A stretch of 64,000 nucleotides of DNA from Iphione sp. A-MEVVRFRX5. Lineage: Eukaryota. How positions within the stretch are numbered: position 1 is the stretch's first letter; the number at the start of each line of letters is the position of its first letter. Where the stretch lies: contig OZ320320.1 of the NCBI GenBank assembly GCA_976226885.1, positions 59,458,001 through 59,522,000 on the forward strand. The letters are read 5' to 3'. The position numbers and the translations under genes were made by a program. This document shows, one piece after another, positions 12,742 to 24,545 of the stretch. Below the pieces are notes generated by a model. That model did no database searches and was not told the DNA's origin. It saw only the letters and a program-made list of their open reading frames with translations.

Positions 12742-14200
12742 TTATAATGGTAATAACGATCTGCGGTCGTGCAACTATTCTGCCCATTCCTTATTTCCTC
12801 ATTGCGACAGAGGGTCCGTTGAGCTACAAGGGATTCTAAACCATACTATAAGTATGTACAAAGACAGCGCCGTAGAATTACAGCCCGTAAAAACGTCCCA
12901 GAGCACGCGGACTCGTTTTTATTGTCGGTCACGCTTCAATATCGACGTAAACGAGAGAGCTACTATTAGACAATTAGTCGTTTTTTTTTTATTTGTAGGA
13001 GTTTTTTGTGGATGTCCTCAGTCACCGACCACCTGAATACTGCCCCTCTTTCTCTATGGCCAATAGGCCGTGTCATTCACTTTTGTGAACGTGCACTGAG
13101 GTCTGGAGGAAATCTGGGAAGGATCACATTCCTATATCAATAAAATTGTTGTAAAACAGGTACATAGTGAAAAAAGGATCTAGATGATGTGAGTGTTCTT
13201 TTTCTGAATGTCAATATTAACGTCTCCTTTCCACCATGCTTCTTCGGGACGGACTTCCTTGGATATTTAAGGTCAACTAAGTGCGATTTGTGTTTTTTTA
13301 ATCCAGACCTGTTCCTGTAGAGTATTCCGGACTCTGTCTGATAAAGACTGCTATTCCTGAGCACTGAGGCATGCAGCCATTAGACGTGTGGTTGGATAAG
13401 ACCTTCAAATTGTTGTTTCATCTCAAATAACTGACATACACAGCCGAGTTACTACGGCTACCTCATAAACGGCTCTGACCTCTAATTGATAAAGACTGTT
13501 TCCCTGGCTTTAAAAGGTAGCGGTAAGACTACTGAAGGAAAAATGTTTCACCACCGCTGGGTGTATGGCATCTTGGTGACTGCAAATACGATAACTCAAC
13601 ATCATGACAATTTGGCATCAGGAAAACTTGGTGATATCAACCAGCCCATCATGATCACAGACTATATATGGACCCGTAGAACAAACTATGTATCTATGGA
13701 TACCAAGCCTATTCCTAACCCTAGTCCTAATCCTTTCGTTAAACCTCAAAGGTGAATGACCTTTTGATAAGGTTTTATTCTTGTTTGCAATGCTACTGAG
13801 TTCATTTAGACAGTCACATTACTCAGAGAAGCCGCCTTGTTAGTATGGCTCTTCCACACTGTTTTGAAACTACTGACAAGAAAAGCCTGGGATCATGGCT
13901 TCTCCACACAGTGCTGGCACTACTTACCTGAAACAGCCTGTTACTATAGCTCTCTTACCGAGTAGTCAGATTATTTTCAGGTTAAATAAGTTATTCTGGT
14001 CTCATCCCAAGCTGGCATTTATTCCCATATACAATTGAACCTCTATTCCCGACAACTGGTCTGGACCAAGCTAAAATGGTCGGACTGGCAATTTTGGTTG
14101 GAAAGTGATCTATACCTTTTCCTAAACCTACTTCGATGCTGATTTGTTCATTTATGCATACTTGAACGTTATGGAAGGCCTTATAGACCATGTCCTATTA

Positions 14201-14415
14201 AAGATGAGTAAGGGTGCAAAAAGTGTTGAATTTGATGAGTAAGTGTCAAAACATTTCTAAATTTGATGAGTAAAAGTCATAAAAGTGGTTAATTTGATGG
14301 GTAAGGTCCAAAAGGTGCTGAATGTGATCAGTTAAAGTCCTAAAAGTGGTTAATTTGATGAGTAAGGATCCAAAAGGTGCTAAATTTGATGAGTGAAGTC
14401 TTTAAAGTGGTGAAG
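14201..14415. repeat. 30-31-bp minisatellite, ~7 units with alternating A/B variants
   Basis: Core AATTTGATGAGTAA; unit starts at 14260, 14291, 14321, 14352 and 14383; tails alternate between AAAGTC..AAAAGTGGTT and AAGGTCCAAAAGGTGCT. Confidence 0.9.
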
Positions 14416-15169
14416 TTGGGTCGTGCTTACACCTTGAGCATCTACACCTTGGTGGCTGTATTAACACCTTAGCACCTTAGCACCTTTGAGCATGACTTCA
14501 GATGGTGACAAATAGGTATTAAAATACAATAGAATTGGTCCTAGATAGAGTGATCATAGGCTGAAATTGGTTGGAAATAAATAACTTTGCATATTGATTA
14601 TCTATAGAAATTAATTTTGTTCCCGACTCAATCGGTTGGAGCAGCAAATTTGGTTGGAAATCAATGTGGTAGGAAATAGGGTATCAACTGTATATGCATC
14701 AATTTTCTCAGTACTGTATTCAAAATGTTCGTAACACGTCATATGTACCAAAATGGCATGGGAAAGCGAAGTCAAGTTCACAACTCAGTTAAATCATTCT
14801 TCCATTTCCTCTTCGTTTGTAAATTAATGAAAAAATTCCTATTTTTGCTACTAGAGTGCTATCATACAACATATTGTAAATTTCTACACGGTACACAGAG
14901 ACGCTAACCGCGGTGACATCAGAGCGATGTCTCGTCGTAGCTCCAACAACCTCATACCAGCGGTTGACGTAGACCTGTCGTTGAAATAGTGGTTCTCAGA
15001 AATCGATACCAATGATATTTACCTGCAGGAGGTGTCAAGAACGACCCCGAAGTTCACGCCCTGCTTCTTGCTACTGTAACCTAGGTATGTGTTATTTACT
15101 GTTTGTTCTTAACTATACTTAACCCTACCAGCCAATCCTAACCTAACTCCTGCATTCTCCTGACTGAGT

Positions 15170-15560
15170 ATGTCATTTCTAGCCTTTTTCTTGTCTCCAT
15201 TAAATTTTTTTAGTGACTCCTGTTATGGTCACAATCCATTTTTTTTTCTCTCTCTCTTTCTCTCGTTCTCTCCCTCCTTTAAGCTCTCCCCCCACACACT
15301 CCGACCTATCAGTTGCTCATTACTCATCTCCGCATCGTTCACCCCAGGTTGGTCGTCTGGTTCTCCCCACCAGCTATACTTGTCTTGTCCTTTCCCTCTT
15401 CTCCAGACGCCTAACAGCCTGTCCCACATTAACACAACCTCAATTTCGAATCTTACCTGTTTTCTCTCCCTACCTTCACATATCAGCTGTATCATTTTTT
15501 TCTTTTCCTCTTTACTTTTCTTCTCGCCTTTCGCCTCAGATCCTGCCCATGAATACCATA
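15170..15560. repeat. CT-rich low-complexity tract
   Basis: Pyrimidine-rich plus strand; source of the 129-140 aa F/S/L-rich ORFs. Confidence 0.7.
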
Positions 15561-15878
15561 TTATTCAGTTCCTGTTATTTAATGTCATTTGATTTACAGT
15601 AACCCCTCGGTTTTGTAAAACCGACCGTTACTTAAGTGGGTTTGTCTACAGTGGCAAGGTGCTGGAGGAGTGGAGGGTTTTTCTATTAAAGGTATTCATT
15701 CTGTTCCCAAGTAAATCGTGTAGCACTGGAATACTGAGGTATTGGAACAGAATTACTTATGTACCTATTAGTACTTCTCCCAAACCTCCCAATCCCCTTT
15801 TTTGTTCCTTGTATATACATGTCTGTTCCAATGCCCGAAACTGCTGCATATCGGCCCGGCCTCAAAGTTGAGACATCA

Positions 15879-15890
15879 CCTCTCCCCCTT
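15879..15890 (-). other. Candidate polypurine tract of the Gypsy relic
   Basis: Minus strand reads AAGGGGGAGAGG-TGA-TGT, i.e. PPT-like then a TG start (15875), ~550 bp downstream of the RNase H relic; no matching 5' LTR found. Confidence 0.3.
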
Positions 15891-16429
15891 ACAACCCCAC
15901 CACCCACCTTCCAACCAGGTGACCAGAGCTGGGGTTCACATTCCACAGATATTCATAAATGTGACAGCTTACACTGACCACCTTCCCTCTGTCATCACAA
16001 CACCTGCTCCCTCACTCAAGAACTTAACCTTTTACTCCTAACCGACCATCAATATTAGTGTCAAGAGGCGCCGCTAGGTGGGCATAGTGTCAATCTTATC
16101 GCCGCAAGCGAATACGCTAGACAGCAACTTTCGAAACGAAAAGTCCCTCCTCCATCCCCTCCTCTATATATCCACAGCCCAGGACTACCTACCAATCATG
16201 ATCAACCCCGGGAGACTGAGAGACACACAGTGGGGGTGGAGGTGGGGAACCCTAGACCGAAATCCAGCCTAATTCTAAAATGCTCTGAAGCGACACCGAT
16301 TTCGTCCAACGTCAACCACGTCAGCCGTGGCGGCTGTCGAATCTGTCTACCCGGTCATTTGTAGTGTCGAGATTCAGACTGGTGGAGCGTCGGGGTACAT
16401 GGGGTGAGCAGGACGAGGTTGGGGGGGGG

Positions 16430-16720
16430 GGGGTGAATGTAGGTGGAGCGTGAAAAGGGAGGGTGTGGCGGCGGCGGTGGCTACCATGACGGACTACTCG
16501 AGGGTCATGGTCCGGCGACGTGCAGGACTGATGACGTCATTTCGGCGGAATGTACATCCACCCGGAATGATTTGGGACATTTTTGGTTCATTTCTTAGGG
16601 AAGAACGTAGACGAGTATTGAGTCAGGTCCACTTCATGTGGAAGAACCAACACAAGGCGAATTCGAATCACTGCCTTTGGGAGAATAAGGGTGAGCTTTC
16701 CGATTAAATCAAGTAAATAA
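16430..16720 (-). mobile_element. Gypsy RNase H relic
   Basis: HPYSPKGSDSNSPCVG, FRR..SPARRRTMTLE*SVMVA and LFTLHLHSP, resembling PFxLxxDASxxGxG, FSRKL..E.RYSTIEKExLA and FxxxTDHxPL; degenerate. Confidence 0.4.
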
Positions 16721-16941
16721 AAGCAGACAAGAATGGTTTGGATCAGTCCACGTCTAAGGATGCCATTGAAGAGAGTTTAGAGCATGCCTTGTAGAAAATA
16801 CCTAGACAAGCAAGGTTTAGCTAGGTCGGTGCCAAAGGATGTCCTCAAGGAGTGTGATAATCATGCCTTGAAGAAAGATCGAATCATGTGGTCTAGGGAT
16901 AATAAATATGACAGTTTGTAAAGCTCGGCATGACAGAATAT

Positions 16942-16945
<4 letters not shown>

Positions 16946-17005
<60 letters not shown>
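16946..17005. repeat. (CT)~30 microsatellite
   Basis: Read directly; lies inside the RT-RNase H connection of the Gypsy relic. Confidence 0.97.
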
Positions 17006-17008
<3 letters not shown>

Positions 17009-17129
17009 CTCCTTCCTCCTTTTTGTTACTTGTACCAAGGATTTGAAATTCACCTCTGGGTCAGTCAATGTTTCATGTGATAGCATACTGTCATGTATTA
17101 ATAAGAATTCTTAAACCCTGAATATTCAG

Positions 17130-18450
17130 TGCTATTCCCACTTTCTTTCTATACGTTTCTGGGCATTTCTTTGCATGAAGGAGAGAATGACATACACGCA
17201 TATTGAGGACATTCTTGGCATGGTATATAGCAAAACCGCTCGAACATCTGAGCAGAATTAAATTACAACTTATATGGAGATGAAGGAAGATTTTGTACCA
17301 AGGGTGACCTTGGTGGTCGCTGAAAATTGCTGTGTGTGTATAAATTAGTGTTTTTCAACCAAGCCTTTACACAGTGTCTTACTTAGAGGGGATCTCCCTC
17401 TGGAACAATGCTGTTAGGAATTATATGTTTTGCTTGTATCGCTCTTTAAATAGCTTCCAATGCGAAAAATATATGTACGTAAGGCCGATGAATAGTACAA
17501 TACTTTGTAGGAATCGATAACGGTTTGGTCTGGAGGGAAAAAACGCTTTTCTGTCCTCCATTTCTCCTACGAATAAAATGTTTTTATGAGCATACATATG
17601 AGGAAAGGAAAGCCTGCTTGCGAAGACCAGCCATTCCTGTAAGCAAGAAATAGAGGTAACCATGCCTGGTAAAACACCTTAAAAAACAATTTCGTACAGA
17701 AGTTAGCCTTAACATTGTTAGTGCATTAATTATAGCAGCAATTCAGGTTTTCTTGAGAAGGGATCGTTTTCAGGAATCTCTACGATCTGTCTTTTAAAAT
17801 CAACTTACCTGTTTGGAGAGGAGACAATACTTTATTGCACAACATCACTCACCTGAAAAAAGCGACACAAACTGTAAAACTTTCCTTTCCTCCAACTGCA
17901 CCATTTGATCACGCAATAAGTAAACTTCACGAAGATATTTGCCGTTATTTTTTTCCCAACGAATTCGTGTCACTTTGTGATAAGAACAAAACTAACGTTG
18001 GTCTCACATAAACACAGACTTCCGATTACAAATAATGGATTTCAATTTAACACTCAACTGTATAATTGCTCTATCTCCCTCGTCAAAGCGAATCATCTTA
18101 AAGCATTAGTAGTCTTATGTGCTTGTATATATTTTGTTCCTGAAGGAGGGCTTGGCCTTCACACCGTCCAAACGTTTTCCTACTATATGAATGATAAAGG
18201 GTATGGCCTTTTTATGGGAGATTGCTGACTCGAACGTCTTCACCTGTTACCCTAGAGTGATCATCGATTCATATCTACTTATCATCAACTGGTGTTAGCC
18301 GTTTATACAGATCCAATACTTAAGGGAGGAGGCTTTTTTAGGGTACCGTGTCTGCCCAAGTAGATGGGCTCGTTCCCCGGATCTTAGGCGGGTCTAATTA
18401 CCAACGATAGAAGGAGTTGTTAGGTCAATCGGTTCGTGCCCAATGGATCT
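17130..18450 (-). mobile_element. Gypsy reverse transcriptase relic
   Basis: TSPSTWAD/PKKASSLKYWICIN (~18305-18375); then in one frame EDRKAFFPSRPNRYRF..IGL (~17500-17558), TALFQR (~17400), IYTHTAIFSDHQGH where YxDD is expected, and LHAKKC (~17165). Catalytic Asp residues are lost. Confidence 0.55.
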
Positions 18451-18724
18451 GAATGGTAGAATGGCTCGAAACCGGGGGTATTGGGTGCATCTAGCATATG
18501 AGGATAGGTCACAATTTGATAGTGAGGCGGTGATTGGGTACTCTTAGGCAGCTGTAGCTTCTTTCTCTCTTTCAACCACGCCAGGATGCCCAGGTGGTTT
18601 CCCTGGGCTAAGTTTTTTTTTCAAATGGGTTCTACCTGTTTCCTGAGGCCCTACTGGGTCCCACATGGGCTACCCGATCTTGACAAATCTAATCCCTGGA
18701 TTCTTATACCTACTGATCAAATTT

Positions 18725-19920
18725 TCATTTTTATGAAGCATCATAATTATAACCGACGGGTTTGTGTAGGTTAGACCCAGTCCAGTGGGAACCCCGGTGG
18801 CAATGTTGATTGGGAATGACAGACAAAATAGAACTCTTCAACAGGATGCTCGCTTACGGATCTGCAATGTTGTTGTCGCTCTGGCTCCAGCACTTACTGT
18901 GTCACTTGTATTTCCCCTCACAACACAAGGTCTCGTTTTTTTACAACAGCAGACTGTGAAGTAAGCCTGGGATTAGCGACTCTTCCCGTCCCCCTTGATT
19001 TTGCCCGAGGAGGATGGGTAAAAAAAAGACAGGCCCTGGCAGCAAACACCGTGTCCAGCGGGTATTTTTGACATATGTGATATATTACCGACTAAATAAA
19101 GGCGGAAAGCAGAATACCTGGGGGCCATCAAGACCCCCCCCCCCCCATTAGTCTGACTTTCTTATCCACCGATGACATTTCTGCCATAAAGAGTGTCCCT
19201 CTGGAGAAGCCCCCCTTGTGTCCCGGTGTATCATTGGCCTGAACATGGTCGAATATGCCATATCCTAGTAGAATGACCTGCGATCCTTTAGGGTTACCCT
19301 CACATTGAGCGATGTCGTAATCTTCAATTGAATATAACATCACCTGCCGCCTTTTTGGGTCAGGACAAAATATTTTCTGGTCAGAAAAAAAATTATCTCC
19401 GGGGCAAATCTTAATTGTGATTATGGCATTTCTGGTCTCAATGTAATGGTATATATGGCATCTCTAGGGTTATCTCCACAATTACCAATCGCCTGTTGGG
19501 GGCCTAGTGCAGCGAGACATAGCATCTCTTAGGTTAACTCCTCTGGCAATCAGATGACCTTGTCGCAAAGATAAGGGTTTATCACGTTTAGTGACGCCAT
19601 ATTTCTTGCCTAGCCTCTCAGTCTGTCCTGTCCTGAGGGAAACCTCTCAATGTGCCAGTGGTGTATCCATGCTCTAAATCATTTATGGTAACTGGCAAGT
19701 GTAACAGGGTATTGCGCTATACATTTTACATTGTTATTAACCGTGCATTCTTGTAAAAGGACACCTCCGCTAACAGGATACGGATATAATGTGTAAATAA
19801 AGTCTATCCTCCTGACCACTCCCTCGTCTTTTGTGCCGATTGAAGTCGGCCAATAGCGTGCCTTGAGAGAAGTATGTTTTCTTCATAGTCCTCGGGCACA
19901 AGTTGCACCCGTAAATCTCT
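18725..19920 (-). mobile_element. Gypsy integrase relic (HHCC, core and GPY-like C-terminal motifs)
   Basis: In order: QLVPEDYEENILLSRHAI..QKTRE; HYIR/SC*RRC; TLLHLPVT; GKKY; PEII/SDQ (frameshift in an A8 run, ~19380); LLG..TPGHKG..SRGTL..M; W..ILLSAF; ILSVIP..HWTG..VGYNY. Compare Gmr1-type VPxxYRxxILxLAH, YCRSCxxC, PLPV, PxEILTDQ, TSPYHPQ..GTL and VLVLLP..WQGPY..VG.VNY. Spacing is partly stretched. Confidence 0.65.
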
Positions 19921-20786
19921 GATTGTAGTGGCTCTTGTCGTGGCCCACTCCAGCGGAACTTTGCTCGGCTTAAACATGCAGCCGGAGCGAGCTGGTTAAG
20001 GTTGCTGTGGATGACATCTTTGATCGGGGATCAGGGGGCACCAACTGAGGACCGTTTCCCAGATGTTCCTACTGTTTGTCTCACCCCTGGTAGTGTTGAC
20101 AGAAGTTATTACCTTTTTACGGCTGGTGAAATCAGGCTGTGAGCACCGTCGTTAATGTAACCCCGTCGTCCTTGGCCCACCGTATCAGTGCTCCTGACAC
20201 TACGCCCTGCACATAAACGTCTCACGATCAAACGATGTGATGGTTTTCACTGGTTCATGGGTGAGGAGCCTTCATTGTGGTCTGAACGTACCTTCCTTAT
20301 TCTGAACTGGTTGCATTCTGATCTCTCTTCGGAACTACTCCTCTGTATGTTACTCTCTGTCTGATAAGCCCCACTTTCTTCTGAGCTACTTCATACCTTT
20401 GAGTGAATTTCTTAATCATCTCTTTATTTGAACCACATGTACCTATCTCTTGCTCTCTCTCTCATTCTTTCTCTCTCTATCCTGTCAAGAAATACGCATT
20501 ACTCTCTTTCAAACTAGCTGTTCATCTGAACTAGTCTCTTTAAGGTAACATTTTTCTATTGGATTACATATATCCCTTCCAAGCCACCCCTTCTTAAGCT
20601 CCTCTAACTATTCTAGGCTATCTTTCTCTCCTTTGAAGCAGCCATCTCCTGTAAACTGCCGTATTCTTTAATATCATAGAAGCCATCTGAAATAACCACT
20701 GAGAAGGTCAGCATATTTTCCCTTAACCAAGAATTGCCCTCAATAGAGATTTTTAGAAAAATATTGTATAGTAGTGAGACTGGCCT

Positions 20787-20818
20787 TAATTCTGAGGTGC
20801 CCTCCTAGTTGAGTTCCC
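20787..20818. repeat. 32-bp dispersed repeat, copy 1 (copy 2 at 60547-60578)
   Basis: TAATTCTGAGGTGCCCTCCTAGTTGAGTTCCC vs TAATTCTGGGTTTCCCTCCTAGTTGAGTTCCC (29/32; the last 19 are identical). Confidence 0.85.
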
Positions 20819-23800
20819 TATGGGGTGAATTGCTGCGGTACTTTTTTATCCGCCGATGCAACCTTGCCACCACTTTTAATGTCATTAACCTTCTTCATCG
20901 TGCAAGACTCAATATGTTCTATCTATAATGTATCTTTCAATGAAATTATTTCATTAATGTTTCCCTTGCAAATCGCCAAATGCCATCGTAAACAGGAAGC
21001 AGTGAATTCCTCTTATTATGGCATTACGACACAGACCATGAGTAATCTTGCTTTGCTTAGATTCTTGCTGTATCCCACTGGAGAGTAAATATACACGTAG
21101 CTTACAAGTTTGTACTTAGAAAATTATTGACTGCATCGCCGGTATAATACCTTAGTGCACAAGGTATCTGGCATTTAAGGGTAATGAAAGAGGCAAAATG
21201 AATCCCGTCTCTCATGGCAGAGGTGCGGACACGTTGGTCCTCCAGCATAGTTACATCTTAATCCGGAGTCTAATCACAAGATAATGATATAAGAGTGCAT
21301 CATTTAGGAGTATAAGCACTGATATAAACATACCAACCCACGCAATATAACATTAGCCTGCCCCCCTTCACGGAGGTATGGTTTCATCATTTGCGAGTAG
21401 GAGGTGTCGGTAGAAGGCAGGACTTTCTTTTTCGTTTTTAACGTTGCTGTATCTTTTTTTTAAATTAAGTTCCCACCTTAAAGAAATAATGTCTGAATAA
21501 AGTTGTCTGATTTACGTAACAATTTATTGACGCAATGTTTTCAGTTGCTGCACTGGACTTGTCGCGTAAGATGACGTGTACATCTTGATACACTGAAGAT
21601 TAGAACATCATGAGTTACGTCTCACTACTTACATACTTACGAGGTAAAGACCAATTCCATATCCACTGATAACCTTTGTGATGTGGCACTTTAATAATCG
21701 ATAAAACCGTCATGATCAAAATACTCTGCATGATAGGCAGGCTACATATAAAAAGCCACAACATCAAAGGATGGCAATTTCAAAACGCGAAGCACTAAGC
21801 AAATGTCCCGTCTTGAAAAATATATTTTAAATAAAGTGTGGATTGCCTACTTGATTGAAAACGTAGCTTTTACCACGTATTTATGAAGAGATATCAAAGG
21901 TCCCATTAACATTAACACTTAATACCTCTGATAGTCATTGGCCATTGTAGAGCAAGATAATTGGAATGCCACAAGTAAAGTTAGGAAAGGCATGAGGTAA
22001 GTTTTGTTCATTAGCAAACTTTTTGTGGTCTGCATTAAGATTCCAGGGCACAACTCGTGAATCAACACACTGTTTGGTAGTATACAATAGTGTACGTCTC
22101 CCCTTCAAATTCGTGATTTATCTAGGGGTGAGGAAAACAGGTTTGTGGGACCCGGCATCTATTTACCACTTCAGTATCAGACCAACTTATTCTTTTTTTT
22201 AACCGCCTCTACTTCCCCCCAGCAGCAGTGCACTTGTTTGTGGCCGTCATGCACGCTATATAGGCACGTCATGTGGTATTTTTCTGCAAATTACCATGTT
22301 TTCTACGGGAGGACACCACGAAGAGCAAATGTCCCTTGTTCTCCGGTTCAGCCATGGTATTCAGGTAATACGGTAACTGGTAACTCGATCTGCCATCATA
22401 ACGCATGTTTAACTAGTATCATTATGATCAATTATTACTATTATTTTACCCCCAGTCCTGGCTTTGGCCCTTTGTGATTGGCAGCGGAGGTTTTAGTGAG
22501 GCGCCGAGGGTCGGGGGTGGTGGTGGTGGTTGTTGTGAGGACGGTGGGGGGGGGGAGATTAAGAGACGAGCTAGAAACCTGTTTGATGGTTACTTGAAGT
22601 TCCCAGTGCAATCTATCCAGCCCGGTTCAATCCCTGTCCCGGAGTGGTCACAAATGAACTGTAGTTTGTACATTTAAATGCCCCTCTCTTGATGTCAAAC
22701 ACAGAATAAGTAATAGTCTACAGCCCCGCCCCCTGCAAAACATCAACAAATCAACCTAGTCAATCCCCAAGTTAATTCAAAATGCCACCTTCTGATCAAC
22801 CAATTTAACCTCACTGGACTTGTACTGTGTGCGAAATATTCACATGGTTGTCTAAATACAGTGTGACATCGCCTCACAGACATGTATAGGATGCTGACAT
22901 GTCTCCAATGAGGACGATTTGATGCAGAACCAAAATGTTTCCTATAGTTAAGCATTATACACAGACATCTACAATGTGGACACATATTTTCGTGTCACGT
23001 CCTCCTACGGACAGGTTTAGACTGTAAAATTGGTGGATTTAGACCACAATTAGGCAGGTTTAGACTGTGGCTGAGGTGTTTTAGCATGAATTCGGGGCTG
23101 CAGGGAGGCTCCAGAAATCATTTTCACACATTTCCCTTGGTATCGCCCTACAAACAACGTGTTGTCGTGCAAATTTGGGGCTCCAGGCAGGCTCCTACTA
23201 ATCCTACTAACAGATCTACAATCCGGCCACGTCTGAAATGCGGACAATTTGGAGAAGAACAGAGGGTGTCCATAATCGGGACGTTGCACTCTACATGCAT
23301 TTGTAGTTATACACGCTTCCCTCTCTATCCAGTTCACGAAAAAAACTAGTGCACAGTGGATGTTGACAGCAACTCTATTTTCCTCATACCGTCTGCCTCC
23401 TTTGGGTACGTGAAATCAGCCATGACACATTGCTAGGCCAAGCCTCGTCAAGGTCCAGCGATCATCACTGGCCTTGTAAAACCAGTCGTGGCTATAGACG
23501 TATTTAATGTTGTATTTTGTTGTGTTTTTGTGTTTCATATAGTTCCACGAACATAAGAATCAAAACGTTTTTTTTAACTTGCGAGACTAAACACGAAAAA
23601 GAGATGACATTAGAATAGCCATAATGTGGTGTTTACTACAACTGCGCAAAACCTAATTCATGTAAGCACATGCACAGACTCCATATTGTTTCTGTGCACA
23701 ATAACAACACATTCCTCTACATGATAAGAGTGATAAGATTTTCATGTTTTAATATTCCAAGATTCTCAGTGGCTTCTCGCTGTAAGGGCTCATCAAATCC

Positions 23801-24049
23801 TTCCAATGAAATGAACTAAAAACACAAATTCATATTGATCTCTATAGCTACTGGTACCAGCCGCCTGGGTCCAACATATCTTGCCAAGAACACAATGCTG
23901 TCCAATTCCACAGCCATTCTTGACACACACATACACACAAGTGTACACATTAGCCACAGTACATGTGCCCCATAACACTGTGCATCAGGCGAAGACCTAC
24001 GCTTGCACACACAAGAAGCCTCATACGGTCCGCCTCCAAATTTGTGCAA

Positions 24050-24330
24050 GCCCGCCTTTCTATACATGTGCATTGAGCCAACCCTAACCTATGGAGGGGT
24101 TCCCATCGATGTATTGTATTGTATGAATACATGTATGCATGTGAATGGGTTACCCGTTTGTGAAAAGTATTCAATAATTCCATGCAATGCAAGGCAAACA
24201 CATAAAAATGAATGAGTAGGATATGACAGAATGTTTGGGACACAGGCTAGAATATGCTTGAACATATGAAAGGTCATGTAAAGGTCTACCTCATTTTCAT
24301 GCATACATTTCCGCACATATTATTTTCAAA
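24050..24330 (-). repeat. Probable diverged copy D of the ~560-bp family
   Basis: GTATTCAATAATTCCATGCA (24167-24186) resembles copy A ATGTCGAATAATTTGATGCA and copy C ATGCTCGATAATTTTATGCA; similar CATTT/TGCAT texture. Confidence 0.35.
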
Positions 24331-24501
24331 TTTCTCCACAATTTTGCCGCAAATCAGACATTTTCTCCTTAAATTTCGGCAAAGCAGATTTTTGTAAACC
24401 TCAAATTCAGAAATTTTCTTCCTCAAATTTGCGAGAACTGGGATGTTTTCCTAAAATTTTTCATGGGAAACAATGGATAGGGCAGGAAACACAGGGAAAT
24501 T

Positions 24502-24545
24502 GTATGGCGACGGAAGCATGACCAACGTATTGCGACGGAAGCATG
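24502..24545. repeat. 25-bp-period duplication
   Basis: GTATGGCGACGGAAGCATG (24502-24520) and GTATTGCGACGGAAGCATG (24527-24545), 18/19. Confidence 0.85.

Larger units (their letters stand above)
16430..20500 (-). mobile_element. Decayed Ty3/Gypsy LTR retrotransposon gag-pol with integrase upstream of RT (Gmr1-like order)
   Basis: Collinear minus-strand motifs with many stops and frameshifts: E/R-rich coiled-coil (~20450-20480), weak protease-like stretch (~20130-20220), integrase (18725-19920), RT (17130-18450), RNase H (16430-16720). The ~3.5-kb IN-to-RH span is close to the expected size. Confidence 0.65.

Noticed and set aside
12593-13036. 147-aa ORF
   Set aside because: It spans the N gap, so it is an artefact.
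13137-13364. GILYR..HGGKET..RKR..YV resembling a Gypsy integrase zinc-binding region
   Set aside because: The first His and both Cys are missing and there are no flanking motifs; too weak to call.
14201-14415. CRISPR-like appearance of this array and the 52-bp and 34-bp arrays
   Set aside because: Units are contiguous and homologous with no unique spacers, the context is eukaryotic, and no cas genes are present.
20130-20220. VYVQGVVSGALI as a retroviral-type protease
   Set aside because: Its position fits the Gmr1 order, but the D(S/T)G catalytic motif is absent; not called on its own.
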